This document shows positions 1 through 12,252 of a stretch of 64,000 bases of DNA, one piece after another. Source of the stretch: Haliotis rubra (lineage: Eukaryota). The notes below the pieces were generated by a model. It was not told the origin of the DNA. It was given only the letters and a program-made list of their open reading frames with translations, and did not search any database. Made by a program: the position numbers and the translations under genes. The DNA is taken from contig NW_025767524.1 of assembly GCF_003918875.1 (NCBI RefSeq), positions 2,294,001-2,358,000 on the forward strand, in the 5' to 3' direction. Position 1 is the first letter of the stretch. Every line of letters starts with the position of its first letter.

Positions 1-740
1 AGCGAAAATTCAGTTAGATCAGTCGTCTGCTGGTGACAGGCAATATATAAATAGGAAGCCACGTGATCACAACACTCCCTCGCAGTGCGGAGCAAAAAGT
101 ATGGCTCATCGTCGAAAACCCATACAAAATACCCGCATGATACGAGCGGCAACAGTTTCGCCGATACGATGCCATCAACACTATTTTTTAGGGAACACTT
201 GATATTTTTTGGTGAAATAGATGAATATATCCTTTATCACTCAAGGTTAGTAAAGTACAAACTTTTAATGATATTACAGATAAAAAATACGTTTTTGTCT
301 TACATCGTCGAAAACCCCTGACACCGGGATATAAGTGTATAATATTTCTTTTACAATTTTCACTGAAAATTAATGACATAGATATTCAGATTTAGTTTTG
401 CAAGGAAAATATATGCAAAATTGTGTTCTTAATGAAAGATCTTTTCCTGAACGTGATATAAATTTCCATTTTGTCCAAAAACTTCTTTTTTTTCAAGCTG
501 AGGAGGTCATCACTATGATCATATAAAACCATTTCGTGCGGCAATTGATAGTTTGTGAATAATTAGAAAAATGTTCCAATATAGCCCAGTCGGCTTATAG
601 CAATATCCCCAACCTGTTACTAACTAACCTACAGTTACAGTAACAGTGTTAGTGTCATGTTTTACAATTGCTAATGCGATAATCAAGACAGAAACGGATG
701 TTCTTAAGAGTCCGAAAACCTATAACACGATGATACTTAC

Positions 741-777
741 CTGCATGGACTGCAACGAACGATTTCCGTTTGTCCAT
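741..777 (-). CDS. TASP1: First coding exon of a taspase-1/asparaginase-2 family protein; gene continues off the left edge
   Basis: Minus strand reads MDKRKSFVAVHA-G followed by a GTAAGT donor. This matches the N-terminal FVxVHAGAG motif of taspase-1. An ETS site (CCGGAAGT, ~861) lies upstream. Only 12 codons are visible. Confidence 0.6.
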
Positions 778-2403
778 TACAAATTTCCTATTTGAATCAG
801 TCGTAAAACACGAGACTGTGATAATGTACACATAATCCTTTCATATTTTCCGCCATGGACCCGGAAGTCTGAACATCAACTTCGCTTAAGTCTAATACAA
901 AGATGTAAAGAGTCTGTTCATATGCACCAATATCTGGCACAAAATTTTATTATTTATTTATAGGAGTAATATTACACGACAGAGTTGGTCAAAAGTACTT
1001 CATATGTGCATGCAATCTGTTCCATTTTTTTCTTTTGCTGTAAGCGAGGTGAAAGGTGAACTCGACCCGAGGACACATGTTTGGTACTGGTTGGAGAGAT
1101 ATCCGACCGTTGAACTGGTATGGAAGCAGTAGTAGTACATTCACTCAATGTGACTCTGTTACATATACTTTTCGTGTCCTTGTGACAACCTCCCCCCGTT
1201 TGTAAAAGCTCTTACTACTGTTCAAAGGCATGAATGATGAAATTACACTGATGACTGATGTACAAGGTCCAGGGTAGGCTGTTGATGGTTGTGACCTACT
1301 GGGCAAGGTATACATGTCAAACTAGCAGAAAAAAAAAAACGAAGGGAAAAATATCCGCCCGTAACCTCCCCTCGAACGCATACTAAAAATTATTCCTGCC
1401 TGTTAAACTGCTGAAATATTCAACATGGCAGTACGTGTTCGTCAGGAAGAACTATATACCTTCCTTTCGCTGTCAGTTATAAAATATCAGACAACTGATT
1501 TTTCTTGAGCGTTATGTCCCCTGTAGTCCGTTTTACAGAAAATTGAAAGCTGTCTACAATGGGGGTGAACCACATTATTTTCCCTACAGCCTAGCCTTCC
1601 CTGTAGTGCTAAAGCCCTAAACGAAGCAAGTCTAGATTTCCCCAGGTTCAGTTCTGAATCTCTGGTCTCCCTAGGGCTCCTTTTCAATTTAAATGGGCTT
1701 GTTTGTTACTAATAAAATTCTATATATTCAGAGACTAAGCCTTAGTCTAACTTCGTACATATCAAGCGCTGTTCTCTCAGGAGCGAAACTTTGTAAGTTT
1801 TGGGTGTCCAGAAAGGGCCGTTTCCAAATCGTTCCCACCAACAGCTGTCGTAAATGAACATGGGAAATCGTCATCATCTTCTCAACTCAACTCAACTCTC
1901 ATACTGTCGTATGAGCTCCATATTCGATTGCGTTAGAATACAAAGTGAATACTCGGCGATGCAGTGAAAGCGCTCGAAATCAGGCGATCTGGAACAACAC
2001 CACAAACCGGTTTCGGTTTCGGCTTGCGAAAAGTGGACTCGTACTGGGTACGTTTCTGCACATTTACTTTGGCTAGGGTACATTTCTGTATACAGAAAGG
2101 TACCTGGGGTACATTTCTGTAGTACCTGTGCCGACAACGACCCCTTCAGCAAAAATATAGGCCTATGGTTTTTATAAAAAGCCTAAACCCTCGAAATAAT
2201 CCTAATATTAATAAGTAGAATACATTTCAAGTGGGGGTTATGGGCGGAACTCTTACCGAACAAAGAGCTTTAAAGTTCATATGTACAGGGTTAAATGTGA
2301 TTCTTCTCAATGACTTTAATGTAATGTATGTTTAACTTATTGATCATGTTTCAGAGTTTGGAACCAATGACACTTATCGGCAGACCTGTTCAGTGAGCTT
2401 GCA

Positions 2404-2652
2404 ATGCCTCGCCACAGCAAGCTGCAGCTTCAAATACTTAGTCTTTACCGTCAGTTTCTCAGGGAGGCAAAAGATAAACCAGGGCTCCGATCATATGTTC
2501 AGGAACAGTTCAAGAAAAGTGCTCAAATGCAAAAGACTGACATCATTCAAATAGAATATGCAATCAGGAAAGCCCAAAAGCAGCTTGACATGTTAAAGTC
2601 CACGTCAGTCTCTGGTGTGGGTGTGTTTGAAAAGGAAGAAGAAAAGCCTTGA
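2404..2652 (+). CDS. SDHAF1: Succinate dehydrogenase assembly factor 1 (LYR-motif protein)
   Basis: MPRHSKLQLQILSLYRQFLR...KPG...EQFKK...KTDIIQIEYAIRKAQKQL has the LYR motif and aligns by eye with SDHAF1 (MSRHSRLQRQVLSLYR...IEYLYRRGRRQL). Splice acceptor tgtttcag ends at 2354. Confidence 0.9.
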   Translation: MPRHSKLQLQILSLYRQFLREAKDKPGLRSYVQEQFKKSAQMQKTDIIQIEYAIRKAQKQLDMLKSTSVSGVGVFEKEEEKP

Positions 2653-2757
2653 AAGAAGAAGAAGTTTAAATATCTAAATTATTTTGAAGACAGAATTATT
2701 TTAGTTACAGATAACATTGCTTTTGAGACTTGTTTTGCCAGTCTAATCTGCAGCACA

Positions 2758-3819
2758 ATGTTTTTAAAACTCAAAATGGGACTTATGTCCCAATTCGTAG
2801 TGAAACGGATGTGCTCATCTTTGGTAGAGAAGAGTCTTGTGTCATCACTTTATCAGAGAGTTCTCTCCACTTTTCCTGATGGTATCCAGATGGCGCTAGC
2901 TTATGGCTCAGGTGTTTATCAACAAGAAGGACATGTAGATATGTCTAAGAACATGTTAGATTTCATCTTCGTTGTGGATAATCCCTTGCCATGGCATAGG
3001 CAGAATATAAGAATGAATCCAAAGCATTATTCCTTTCTCAAATTCTTTGGACCAAAACATGTCACAAGAGTACAGGATAAATTTAGTGCTGGTATTTATT
3101 TCAATACTCTTGTTCCATTTGAAGAAAGAGTGATCAAATATGGTGTAATCAGCACTGATCGTCTGGTAACTGATCTCCTTGACTGGGATACACTCTATGT
3201 CAGTGGACGTCTCCACAAACCTGTCAAGCTTCTCATTCTACCCAAAAAATGCAAGTCTTCTTTCAGCGATGCAAATTAATCTTCAGAGTGCCGTTCATGC
3301 AGCACTTCTCATGCTCCCAGAATTCTTCTCAGAGGAAGACCTTTATGTTGCCATAACTGGACTGTCCTATAACGGAGATTTTCGTATGACCGTTGGAGAG
3401 GACAAGAAGAAAATAACGAACATAGTGAAACCAAACATTGAGTATTTTCGTAGGTTGTACGAGACTATACTTGACAATGAAGAACATATCTACTGGCATA
3501 AATCTAAAGGCAATTTTGAACAATACCCAAATTACATCTCCCAGTACCACCATCTTAGCTTGCTCCCCCGAAGAATGTTCAGACTCACCTTGTAGAAATG
3601 AGGTCACATGGAGGTAGCTCACCAGACCTAGAGGAGGTGTTGAGGGTCTTTGCCCATGACAGAAACTGTGATGAGCATGTAGCTAAGATCATTGCCAATA
3701 TTGTGTGGTGGTCAAGTGTGTTTCAGAGTGTCAAGAGTGTGTTTACAGCTGGAGTCATGAAATCGTTCCGTTATAGTGGCAAGAAATTGAGGAAAATGTT
3801 CAAGAGTCAGTCAAAATAA
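2758..3819 (+). CDS. TAMM41: Mitochondrial phosphatidate cytidylyltransferase Tam41, intronless, ~350 aa, with two apparent homopolymer frameshifts
   Basis: Motifs AYGSGVYQQ, MLDFIFVVD, IYFNTLV, IKYGVIS, DLLDWDTLYVSGRLHKP, LSYNGDFRM and GEDKKKITNIV. The three ORF pieces join at an A6 run (3244-3249) and a C5 run (3565-3569). AATAAA at ~3998. Confidence 0.93.
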
Positions 3820-5544
3820 CACTGTTTGAAGATGACTGTATACATGTACATGTAGTTACCAATGTTAATGAACAAATGCTATCATTATTTACTGAATGTT
3901 TCTCTGCAAACATAAAAATGAGGTACTCTAGGTAATGTAGTATTTGGTGCATGCCGATACTTCTGTGCCGTGATACAGAGAACTCTTCATTAAGTGAAAT
4001 AAAATATGTACCACACTTAAAAAAATATGTATGCATTGGATCATCTAATTACGCTTGACTTATTGGAACCCCAAACAACTGTTGGCATGGTTTGTTATGT
4101 CATTTATTCAAATTCAGCTTTTGATTATTTAATATGGCACATCTGTTAATGCTGTAAAGACACATTTGAAATGACAAAACTATTTCAACATATTCAGAGT
4201 GGTTGTGGAGATAATAAACTGGGCTTGTCTACATTGTTCCATGATGTTTAACTATCCTTTCTTCTCCATGCAAAAAGCTGAAAATATTATTGTATTATCA
4301 TCATGATCAGTGTGGCACACTTGGATGCGTCATGTCCATTTACCATTTTGAGGATGCTAGAAAATCCTTAGTGTATGGTAGTCTTAATTTTGCTCAAAAA
4401 CTGTTCCTGATGAATGATTCCTACAGTTCAGCATGAGTGTGAGAAAGATTAAGAGACATGGACTACCTCCATCTTGATGCATTTGTATTGTTAAAGTTAG
4501 CTGTGGATTTGATATGAATAAAGTATAAAAACAATTATTTATTGTTGTTTTTTTAATATTATTTTGATCATTGATCTTTGTTGACTTGTCCAGGAAAAGA
4601 AGGAGGCAAAAACGGGATGCTCGAAATAATACTGGAATATGCCTTACAGATTATTGTTAGGATTGTCAACCTCGCGTGTTGCATGACCAAACATCCCAAT
4701 TCACATCAGTATCTACAGATGAAGAGAATTTACTTCATGAAATACACCATCAACTTTATATATAGTCCTTTTCAACATTCATGCCTCGGTTTGAAACACA
4801 TCCACACAAAACACCTTCAGAAAATGAAGAAAATCTAATAATTTGTGTTGCCTTTGGCATGGCAAGACACCACAAAATGAATATGAATAATATGACAGTC
4901 TAAATCAGTTGTTGGGATATATTTCTGTGATAGGTGAAATATGATATTTGGATATATCATGTAGTTCTGATTAACAATTAACATAAAATTAATATACAAC
5001 CCAAATATGTCTATTTTGCATGCCTTTAAATTTCCAAAGCAGTGGAAATGAACTGCAAGGAAAGGGAAGTAATCCATGCTATATTATCTCCCCTGAAAAA
5101 GGGACACAACTCCAGTTGACTCATGAAAATCTCCTTCACAATGCTGCCCAAGACATCACTCAGGTGTTGCAAATACTGATGAATGAACCAGTAGCGTCTG
5201 AACTTTGACAAAACAGGTAAACATGGAACTGTTGTCAGACTTCACACTGTGAAATTAACTGAGGTCCATTATGAGTTGGAAAGGTTTTTCTTGTGTTTGA
5301 TATTGTCAGTAAAAACAAGAGTTTGTGAAAGTTCTTCTTTAAAAACACCTATCACACACCAGCTGAGATCGAATAAAGATCAGTCTTATGCAATGAGTGA
5401 TAGTTGTTTTTATGAAACTGGATTATAGATATCAATTAATATGCTCTTAATAAACTGTCAAAGATCCCCCACTTGTGTGGTCTTGCCATGTGGTTATTTT
5501 ATACTTTTATAGGTAAATAGTTGGAGACACACTCATCTTTAACC

Positions 5545-5991
5545 ATGGCATCAAGAAGAATGTCTGGAAAAATCGCCATGTGGCAAAAACGCACGGATGA
5601 ACACCAGGAGAAACAGATGATCAACCCTTTTTCAGAATGGGAAGGTGCATCTCACCGAGCAACCCTCAGTAAAGATGATGAGAACTACGGTATACCCGTC
5701 GCAGGGTCATCGACAGAGAGGAGAGGTCGAAAGGCTGGAATGTTGATCAGCGGAGAGGTAGTGGAACTGTGTCATGTGATTGCCGACATTGGCTGCAGAC
5801 AAGATGATGGAACATATGTAATTACTTTTGGACATTTATTTGAAGCTTACACGAGAATCTCCAATAAGCTTGTGGGCATGTTATTGCGTGCTCGTAAACA
5901 ACATCTGGTTCAGTTTGAAGGTGAGATGCTGTTTCAAAGGCGGGATGATGATGTGCTGATTACTTTGTTGAGGATTCCAGATGAAAACTGA
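5545..5991 (+). CDS. ABRA: Actin-binding Rho-activating protein-like (STARS/Costars domain)
   Basis: QMINPFS, YGIPVAGSSTERRG and ITFGHLFEAYTRISNKLVGMLLRARKQHLVQFEGEMLFQRRDDDVLITLL are typical of the ABRA C-terminus. accATGg context; acceptor at ~5512; probable non-coding exon donor at ~5216. Confidence 0.88.
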   Translation: MASRRMSGKIAMWQKRTDEHQEKQMINPFSEWEGASHRATLSKDDENYGIPVAGSSTERRGRKAGMLISGEVVELCHVIADIGCRQDDGTYVITFGHLFEAYTRISNKLVGMLLRARKQHLVQFEGEMLFQRRDDDVLITLLRIPDEN

Positions 5992-6189
5992 GACATTTGG
6001 TGTGTTTTGCACGTGGCCCTGATTGCTTAGAATAACTTGACATTTGGTGACGATAACTTGAAGTGTTAACACCCCAAATGTTTCTTTGTTTTTCAGCCCC
6101 AAGCCGGTTTAATGTCACAAAAGTGATAAATATCTGACCTGCAAAGCTCCAGTCTTTCCTCCTAAATTAACCTGACAAGCTGTGTTAAG

Positions 6190-6510
6190 GTGAGGTGAGG
6201 TGAAATTGGGTTTTACGTCGTGCTTGAGAATATTTCGCTCATATGACGACGTGCATGCGTGTTTATGTGTATGTGCGGCTGCTTGTACTAGCCCAGACTT
6301 AAGCTGGTTTTATAGTGCTAGCCCACCGAGATACCATGCCGCAGTGAAGCATGAATACCCCACTCAGACACATTATACTGACTCCGAGCCGACCAGTCCT
6401 TGTTATACCCATTAATGCCGAGCACCAGGCAGGGACCAACTAGTACCATATTTTAACGTCTTTTGGTATGACGCGGTCGGGGATCGAACCCGCGACCTGC
6501 CGCTCTCCGA
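6190..6510 (-). mobile_element. tRNA-derived SINE with Meta-type core
   Basis: tRNA-like head (ggggatcgaacccgcgacc on +), core cacattatactgactccgagccgaccagtcc...taatgccgagcaccaggcag...tagtacca...tttggtatgacgcgg, and a (CCTCA)n tail. Confidence 0.75.
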
Positions 6511-6814
6511 GCTGTGTTAAGACTGGAGTACTGTTTAAAGTGGCCTTAAACCCAACTCACACGCTACAGAGGTATATTGAGTACTTGTTTCCTAACTTGG
6601 ATATCATCTACAAACTTGTGTAGTTAAAGTAATATTTAAGTGCTTGAATGATACTCATCAAAGTTAAGATTCGACTGAATGAGATTGATTCAGACTTAGA
6701 AAGACTGCCAGTTAACTTCAGCCTGAAGTACTGCTTGTGTTGCAGTTTGAGACCACTTAGATATTTGATACTTTTAAAATGTACATAAAGAGGTATCAAA
6801 TCCTAGTTCCAAAA

Positions 6815-6967
6815 GGGGCAGTGGGATAGCTTAGTGGTTAAAGCATTCCCTTGTTATGCCGAAGACCCGAGTTCCATTCCCTACAACACTACTATGTGTG
6901 AAGCCCATTTCTTGTGTTGCCTGAAATTGCTGGAATATTGCTTAAATCACATAATACTGAACTCACT
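6815..6967 (+). mobile_element. Short tRNA-derived SINE, family A
   Basis: A/B-box head, gtgaagcccatttct body, gctggaatattgct and (ACTC)n tail. Other copies at ~11508-11672(+), 21115-21208(+), 29875-29970(-), 31517-31697(-), 37408-37578(-) and 51170-51335(-). Confidence 0.8.
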
Positions 6968-7969
6968 ATCTCCCTCCAAGTTCCAAAAGGTAATTATATT
7001 TTCTACATACAAAATACTGTGTGAATCCTATATATTTTCAAGAATGCATGATATTCATATAAGATGGCTATGTTTGCTGGTTTGTTTTTGTAAGTTTTAC
7101 AACCCCAAAGAATTGTGTGTAAATTTGGGTATTTGTGGTTTTCCCATCACCCTTTTGTGATAAAAAGTGCAATATATATTTTTCAAGTGAAGTTAATTAT
7201 TGAAAATAAAACAAAGAATGAAAAAGGTTCACCCATTTTGTTGTCTGTACAGTCAGAGACTATATGCAGACGGTTCATGGTCTCTGATATAATAGGACCC
7301 GTATATAGGTCATGACACTTCCCGAGACTGGGGACAAACAACATTCACTTGATCCGGTCTAGTAAAGTCTGATTTGGCGGTCGTGCAATTTGGAACCAGA
7401 AGTGGTTCTTGAATATTTGCTTGTCACCGGAAATCTGGTACCAGAAGTAAGCTGGGCCTGGTCTTGCATATCACACGTTGGTGTGCGCAAAGGGGGCCAG
7501 GAACCAGCTTAGTACCGAAAGTAACGCCTCATGAGACTTACAGTTCCTATAATCTCTTCGACATTCACAAAATATATTTTTGGTTTGTAAGCACTGATCC
7601 ATCAGTAAATCCTCTTGCATGAAAGCATTTACTGAATTATCCAAAATAGCAAAATTAAGACTTCTGAAAAATAAGAAGTCAACGGTGTGTATTTGAATCT
7701 GTCTGTCAGAATTCAACTGAAACACACTGCCTAATGATCATCACTTGCTTCCAAATATTGTTCTTTTTAACCCAACACATCCATTTCTTCAGGAAGTGTC
7801 AGAAGTTCCATCTGGTGAAAAGGACATCAGTGTATAAAGTATATAAACACACGAAGGATTCCTTTATTGATTCTTGGTAATTACATGGTCTATAACAAAC
7901 ATATATAACTTCCATATCACACACCATTCATTTCAATTCACTTCACAAAGTCAGTTATCTCTCCATGAA

Positions 7970-10372
7970 TTAGTCAATTCTATTCTGTCTCTGAAGATCT
8001 TGAACTGTCTTTGAATCTTCCCATGGACGTGGACCACGGATATTCTGCCAGTTGTCTACTTCCTCCTTCTGTAGTTTCTGGTAACAAAAATAAAGAGATA
8101 GCTGCTGAGACACGTCTGCTCATCAAAGTATGCTGAATGTTATACATGTGATACACTCCTCAAAAGAACTTAAAGAAAACACATTTTTTCACATAAATAT
8201 AGTTACAAACAGCCTTCCAAATGGGGGTCATCTTCCTGAGTAAGAAAGGTTATATCTATCCGATTTCAAGCCTACATTTCTTGCCTCAGGTGTATAGCTA
8301 CTCATCATAGAACACTAGTAGTGTCAGATGGATGTTCTTATTTTAAATGGCTTCACAAAAATGAGTACTATAAGAGACAACCTGGTTGATTAGATAATGA
8401 AAACATTTCCGATTTTGTCCCTGACAGACTGACAAAATGACAGATTACCACAGGGTCTCAAGCAAACACAGCTATATATTTACCTCATACGCTTTTTTCA
8501 ATGGCTTCTGTGCCTTTTGTTTCCTTCAAATTTAGACCATATTTTGCAGCTTCTTCTTCTGTAAGCTGGAAGATTGACAATTTAAAATGTGTAAGCCTTG
8601 GGATGATACTTACTGCCTTGAACAGTTTGTGATACATAGAACACATTTTGTTACAATGAAAGGGTAAAAATACACATATTTTTTCAGTTTTAAATATAAT
8701 TATGGTATACAGTAAACACACTACAGCCAGTTGAAATTACTCCAAGCAGCCTTATAAATCTATCAGATTTTCAGTATCAGTTGAATATTTGCATCTCCAG
8801 ACTCTGCCTTATCATGATAATATTTATCACAGTTTGAAATAATTGAATAAATTGATATCTTCAAATAGATATAATTCAGTCCAATACATGTACATTCAAG
8901 GAAAAAGAGAAGGACCAGGGTTTCATTCAATGGATCAATCTGAGTACAATACATCAACAACAAACAGTGCTCCTTAGAGGCAAGCTGTAGACTCTGTAAT
9001 AGGTAATATATATCTCTGTATCCATAAAAGTATCATCATTCTTCATCTCTGTGTAATCAGGATACTCGGTAATACTGATAGGCACACATTCTAAAATTTG
9101 AGTTAACAAGGAGGCTGACTAAGACATCCGTCAGTGATAGGACCAGTGCAAATTATGACTATTATGAATGTAATGTTGGAACAATACAAAGACACAAAGT
9201 CATTTGATGTTAGTTATCTGTACAGCATGAAGAGCAAGCAATATTTCAGAAATGCACTTCACACATTGTACCCATGTAGATAAATTAACCCAGTCATTTA
9301 ATGTGATGAATGAAACCTTTAAAGCCCTGTACTGCCATGTTGGAGCACAAATAACCTTATCAGTGGCCTGACCATAGGAGTTATTTTATATACCCTGGTT
9401 TCAGTATGGCATCATGCATACTAATAGTGTACCTTCATTGTGTCATAGCGATATAACAAGCATTTTGATGCAGTTGTATAAGTCAGTCCATCAGTCAGTC
9501 AGTTTAGTTTTATGCCACACGTAGCAATATTCCAGCTATATGGCAGCGGTCTGTAAATAATCAAGTCTGGACCGGACAATCCAGTAATCAACAGCATCAG
9601 CATCGATTTATGCAACTAGGATATGATGACATGTGTCAACCAAGTCAGTGAGTCTGACCACCTGATCCCGTTAGTCGCCTCTTACAACAAGCATGGGTTA
9701 CTGAAGATCAATTCTAACTCGGATATTCACGGGTAGTTGTATAAGTAATAACTACGAAAAAGAAATTACGTATACAATACCTTTTTTTCCTTTTCGGAAC
9801 TGATATCTAATCACTGTAAATTTTTCCAACCCAAATGATCCTCCAACGATAAGGAGCTAAAAAGAAGTAAAACTTTACTGAGGCAAACATTTTATCATTC
9901 ATCCGCTTTTATTGAAAAGCCATAGGTTCATTGTTTTCACAATTCAGTCGTTGAGATATATTAAATTCTGTTTTGTTAAATATTGTAAGATGGGCATAGA
10001 TAGGCAAGTTGTGAAGATAACAGTTACTGGTCATTAATGTTACGGTTTACAAATGCTGAGGACAGCAAAGAAGTACACTTATATTTACAACAGAAAGTAT
10101 CACATTGAAAGTGAACTTCATACATAATGCATGTCTATTTTGATCTGTCTTGCAGCTACATATTTTTAAAATGCAGACTAAAACAGAAATTTACCACATA
10201 ACAGTTTGATTATTGTCAATCATCATTCCACATACAAAGTTTACTCATTTTTCCTTTGCTTCTTACTTTGTTTAATACATCTAAAATGTCATACCAGAAA
10301 TGGAGCACCAAGTCTGATGAAACGACGTCTCGAAACATTTCTAAGCCACTGGAAAACACCAGTTGCCGACAT
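7970..10372 (-). CDS. COX16: Cytochrome c oxidase assembly protein COX16, 4 coding exons
   Basis: Exons 10372-10295 (MSATG...FIRLGAPFL), 9856-9781 (LLIVGGSFGLEKFTVIRY), 8565-8484 (LTEEEAAKYG...) and 8077-7970 (DNWQNIRGPRPWEDS), all GT-AG. One extra A in a homopolymer run of exon 2 and of exon 3 must be removed to keep frame. Poly(A) signal at ~7863. Confidence 0.92.
9490..9733 (-). mobile_element. SINE family B (ccatgcttgt...gaggcgactaacgggatc core)
   Basis: Dispersed ~240-nt repeat that shares the gctggaatattgct tail with family A. Other copies at ~13378-13545(+), 17000-17230(+), 32200-32443(-), 57415-57620(+) and 63395-63500(+, partial). Confidence 0.8.
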
Positions 10373-11507
10373 AGTTCAGGGTATCAGTACTATCACAGAC
10401 AGACTGATCTTGTAGGAAACATTTAAAACAGTCCTCTCTGATAAAAAAAAGAAAGAAAGGTCACGTTTTAAAGGTCACGTTTCACAAACAACGGTTATAT
10501 TTCCGATTAAAGCTGTTGTTCTACTGACAATCGCAACTGACAGTGAGTTACAGGCGGATGATACAGAGCAGATCCCACATAACCGTAAACATTGACATTG
10601 GAGTAGTCTAACATTGGAGAAACAGGTGCTCGCGTGCATGTCGGTTTGGAGTTACCCGCCCTTGACTTGAACAAAGGGGTTCAATATGGGTTCATCAAAT
10701 TCTGTTTCACTGTTGATCAAATGGGGTTTGCGGTCAGAAATGTAACATAAGCATACACTCCTACATTCTTACATCACTGACATGTCACATTTGCCAGATT
10801 TCGTTACCCGTGTTTACATACAGTCACGCGACTCCTGACCATCATGAGTAACTGAAAGCTGGAAGGACCATCATGCTTCGACATCTGTAAAACATCACGT
10901 GCATCATACACAGTCAGCGTCTGTTGTCTAATAATTCAAAGAGTCAAATAAACAAACATAAGTCTGTTATCTGTATTCTTCCGAAAAGAGTTTCTTTTCT
11001 GGTCGGTAATCTCACATTTGACAAACACACCACAAATAGTGTCAATTCAGTTATGATATCTCATAATGGTTTAAGAATGGCTTTGTAAATTTTTTTAAAT
11101 ACAATGCCTTCTGTCGGGTAGCAATGTCAAATCAGAGTTGCTGTCTTCGAACAGGGGCATAACATTTCGGGGTTCTTGGGCGACTCGCCACCCTATAAAA
11201 AGGTGTCTGGGTGACAATCCTGAGGGTGCCTTACAGCCAAACGTGCACAGCAGCATACTTTGGGGGAGGTACAGTTGATATTATTTCTTGTAAGTAACGT
11301 CCCGCTTTCACCTGATTAAGGTGATAGGTTTGTCAGCACCATACGCGTGACCGCGGGCAAATGTATGCGATCTGTACCACTTCGAGCATTCCACGTCAAC
11401 CTGACACGCCCTGATAGTATCTGAAGTACTGTTGAAAGCGGCGTTACCCCACCTCACTCACCTAAAGTAAAGCTTTAGGAAGTTCAGCCATATATTAATA
11501 GGTTTCC

Positions 11508-11672
11508 GGGGCAGTGGGGGTAGCCTATTCGTTATAGCGTTCGCTCGACACGCGGAAGACCCGGGTTCCACTCACCACATGGGTACAATATGTAAAGGCC
11601 ATTTCTGGTGTCCCCCGCCGTGATATTGCTGGAATATTGCTAAAAGCGGCGTAAAAAATAAACTCACTCACT
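11508..11672 (+). mobile_element. SINE family A, near full-length copy
   Basis: ggggcagtgggggtagcc...gaagacccgggttcc...ttctggtgtcccccgccgtgatattgctggaatattgctaaaagcggcgtaaaa...actcactcact. Confidence 0.85.
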
Positions 11673-11892
11673 AACAGGTTTCCATTGCTTGATTGAATAG
11701 ACATCAGAGTCGAGACGCGTTCATAGGATCTACTGACCTAGGGTTCGAATCCCAGATTTATTATTCTACGTCTACCAGCAAGTTAGTCTTTCCTCTAATA
11801 TTAAACTGAACGCCAACTGATGCAACTGAAATACAGTTCAAAGCAGTGTTCAACCAAACTCACTCACTCCTCCCGATCCTGGAACCGCGAAG

Positions 11893-12252
11893 ATGTTAAA
11901 GCTGGCTCGGTTTGACGACCATGCCTTCTACAGAGTCGGAATCTGGAACCAGCATGACAACCTAGGACCTTGCACGAACAACCATCTCGAGGGGTGGCAT
12001 TCCCATCTGAACAAGGTTGTCATGAGAGCTCATCCAAACACCTTTGCGTTGGTGAAGGTTCTTCAGAAGCTGGAGAAGACCGAACTGAACAAGCTTGTTC
12101 AGTTCATCCATGGAGCTAAACCACTGCCACGACGTCGTGTGTACAAGGAGATTGACCGCAGGCTTGATAGACTAAAGGATCAGCTACGAGCTGGTGTGAA
12201 GGCTCCCTTGGACTTTCTCAGTGCTGTTGGTCGACTAGTGAAGATGGAGTAA
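11893..12252 (+). mobile_element. C-terminal fragment of a MULE/Mutator-type transposase
   Basis: WN...TNNHLEGWHSHLNK...HPN is the characteristic catalytic-Glu region of MULE-type transposases. The N-terminal part is missing. Confidence 0.7.

Noticed and set aside
3240-3600. Programmed ribosomal frameshifting or a TAMM41 pseudogene
   Set aside because: Breaks sit at homopolymers, as in COX16, with no other decay. Sequencing error is more parsimonious.
11160-11290. TATA-box promoter (cctataaaaagg) with a possible short exon
   Set aside because: No downstream gene could be tied to it; the neighbours are SINE and transposase debris.
11508-11580. tRNA genes (also ~6460-6510, 6815-6885, 37510-37578, 51260-51335)
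   Set aside because: These tRNA-like heads continue into shared SINE bodies and microsatellite tails, so they are SINEs.
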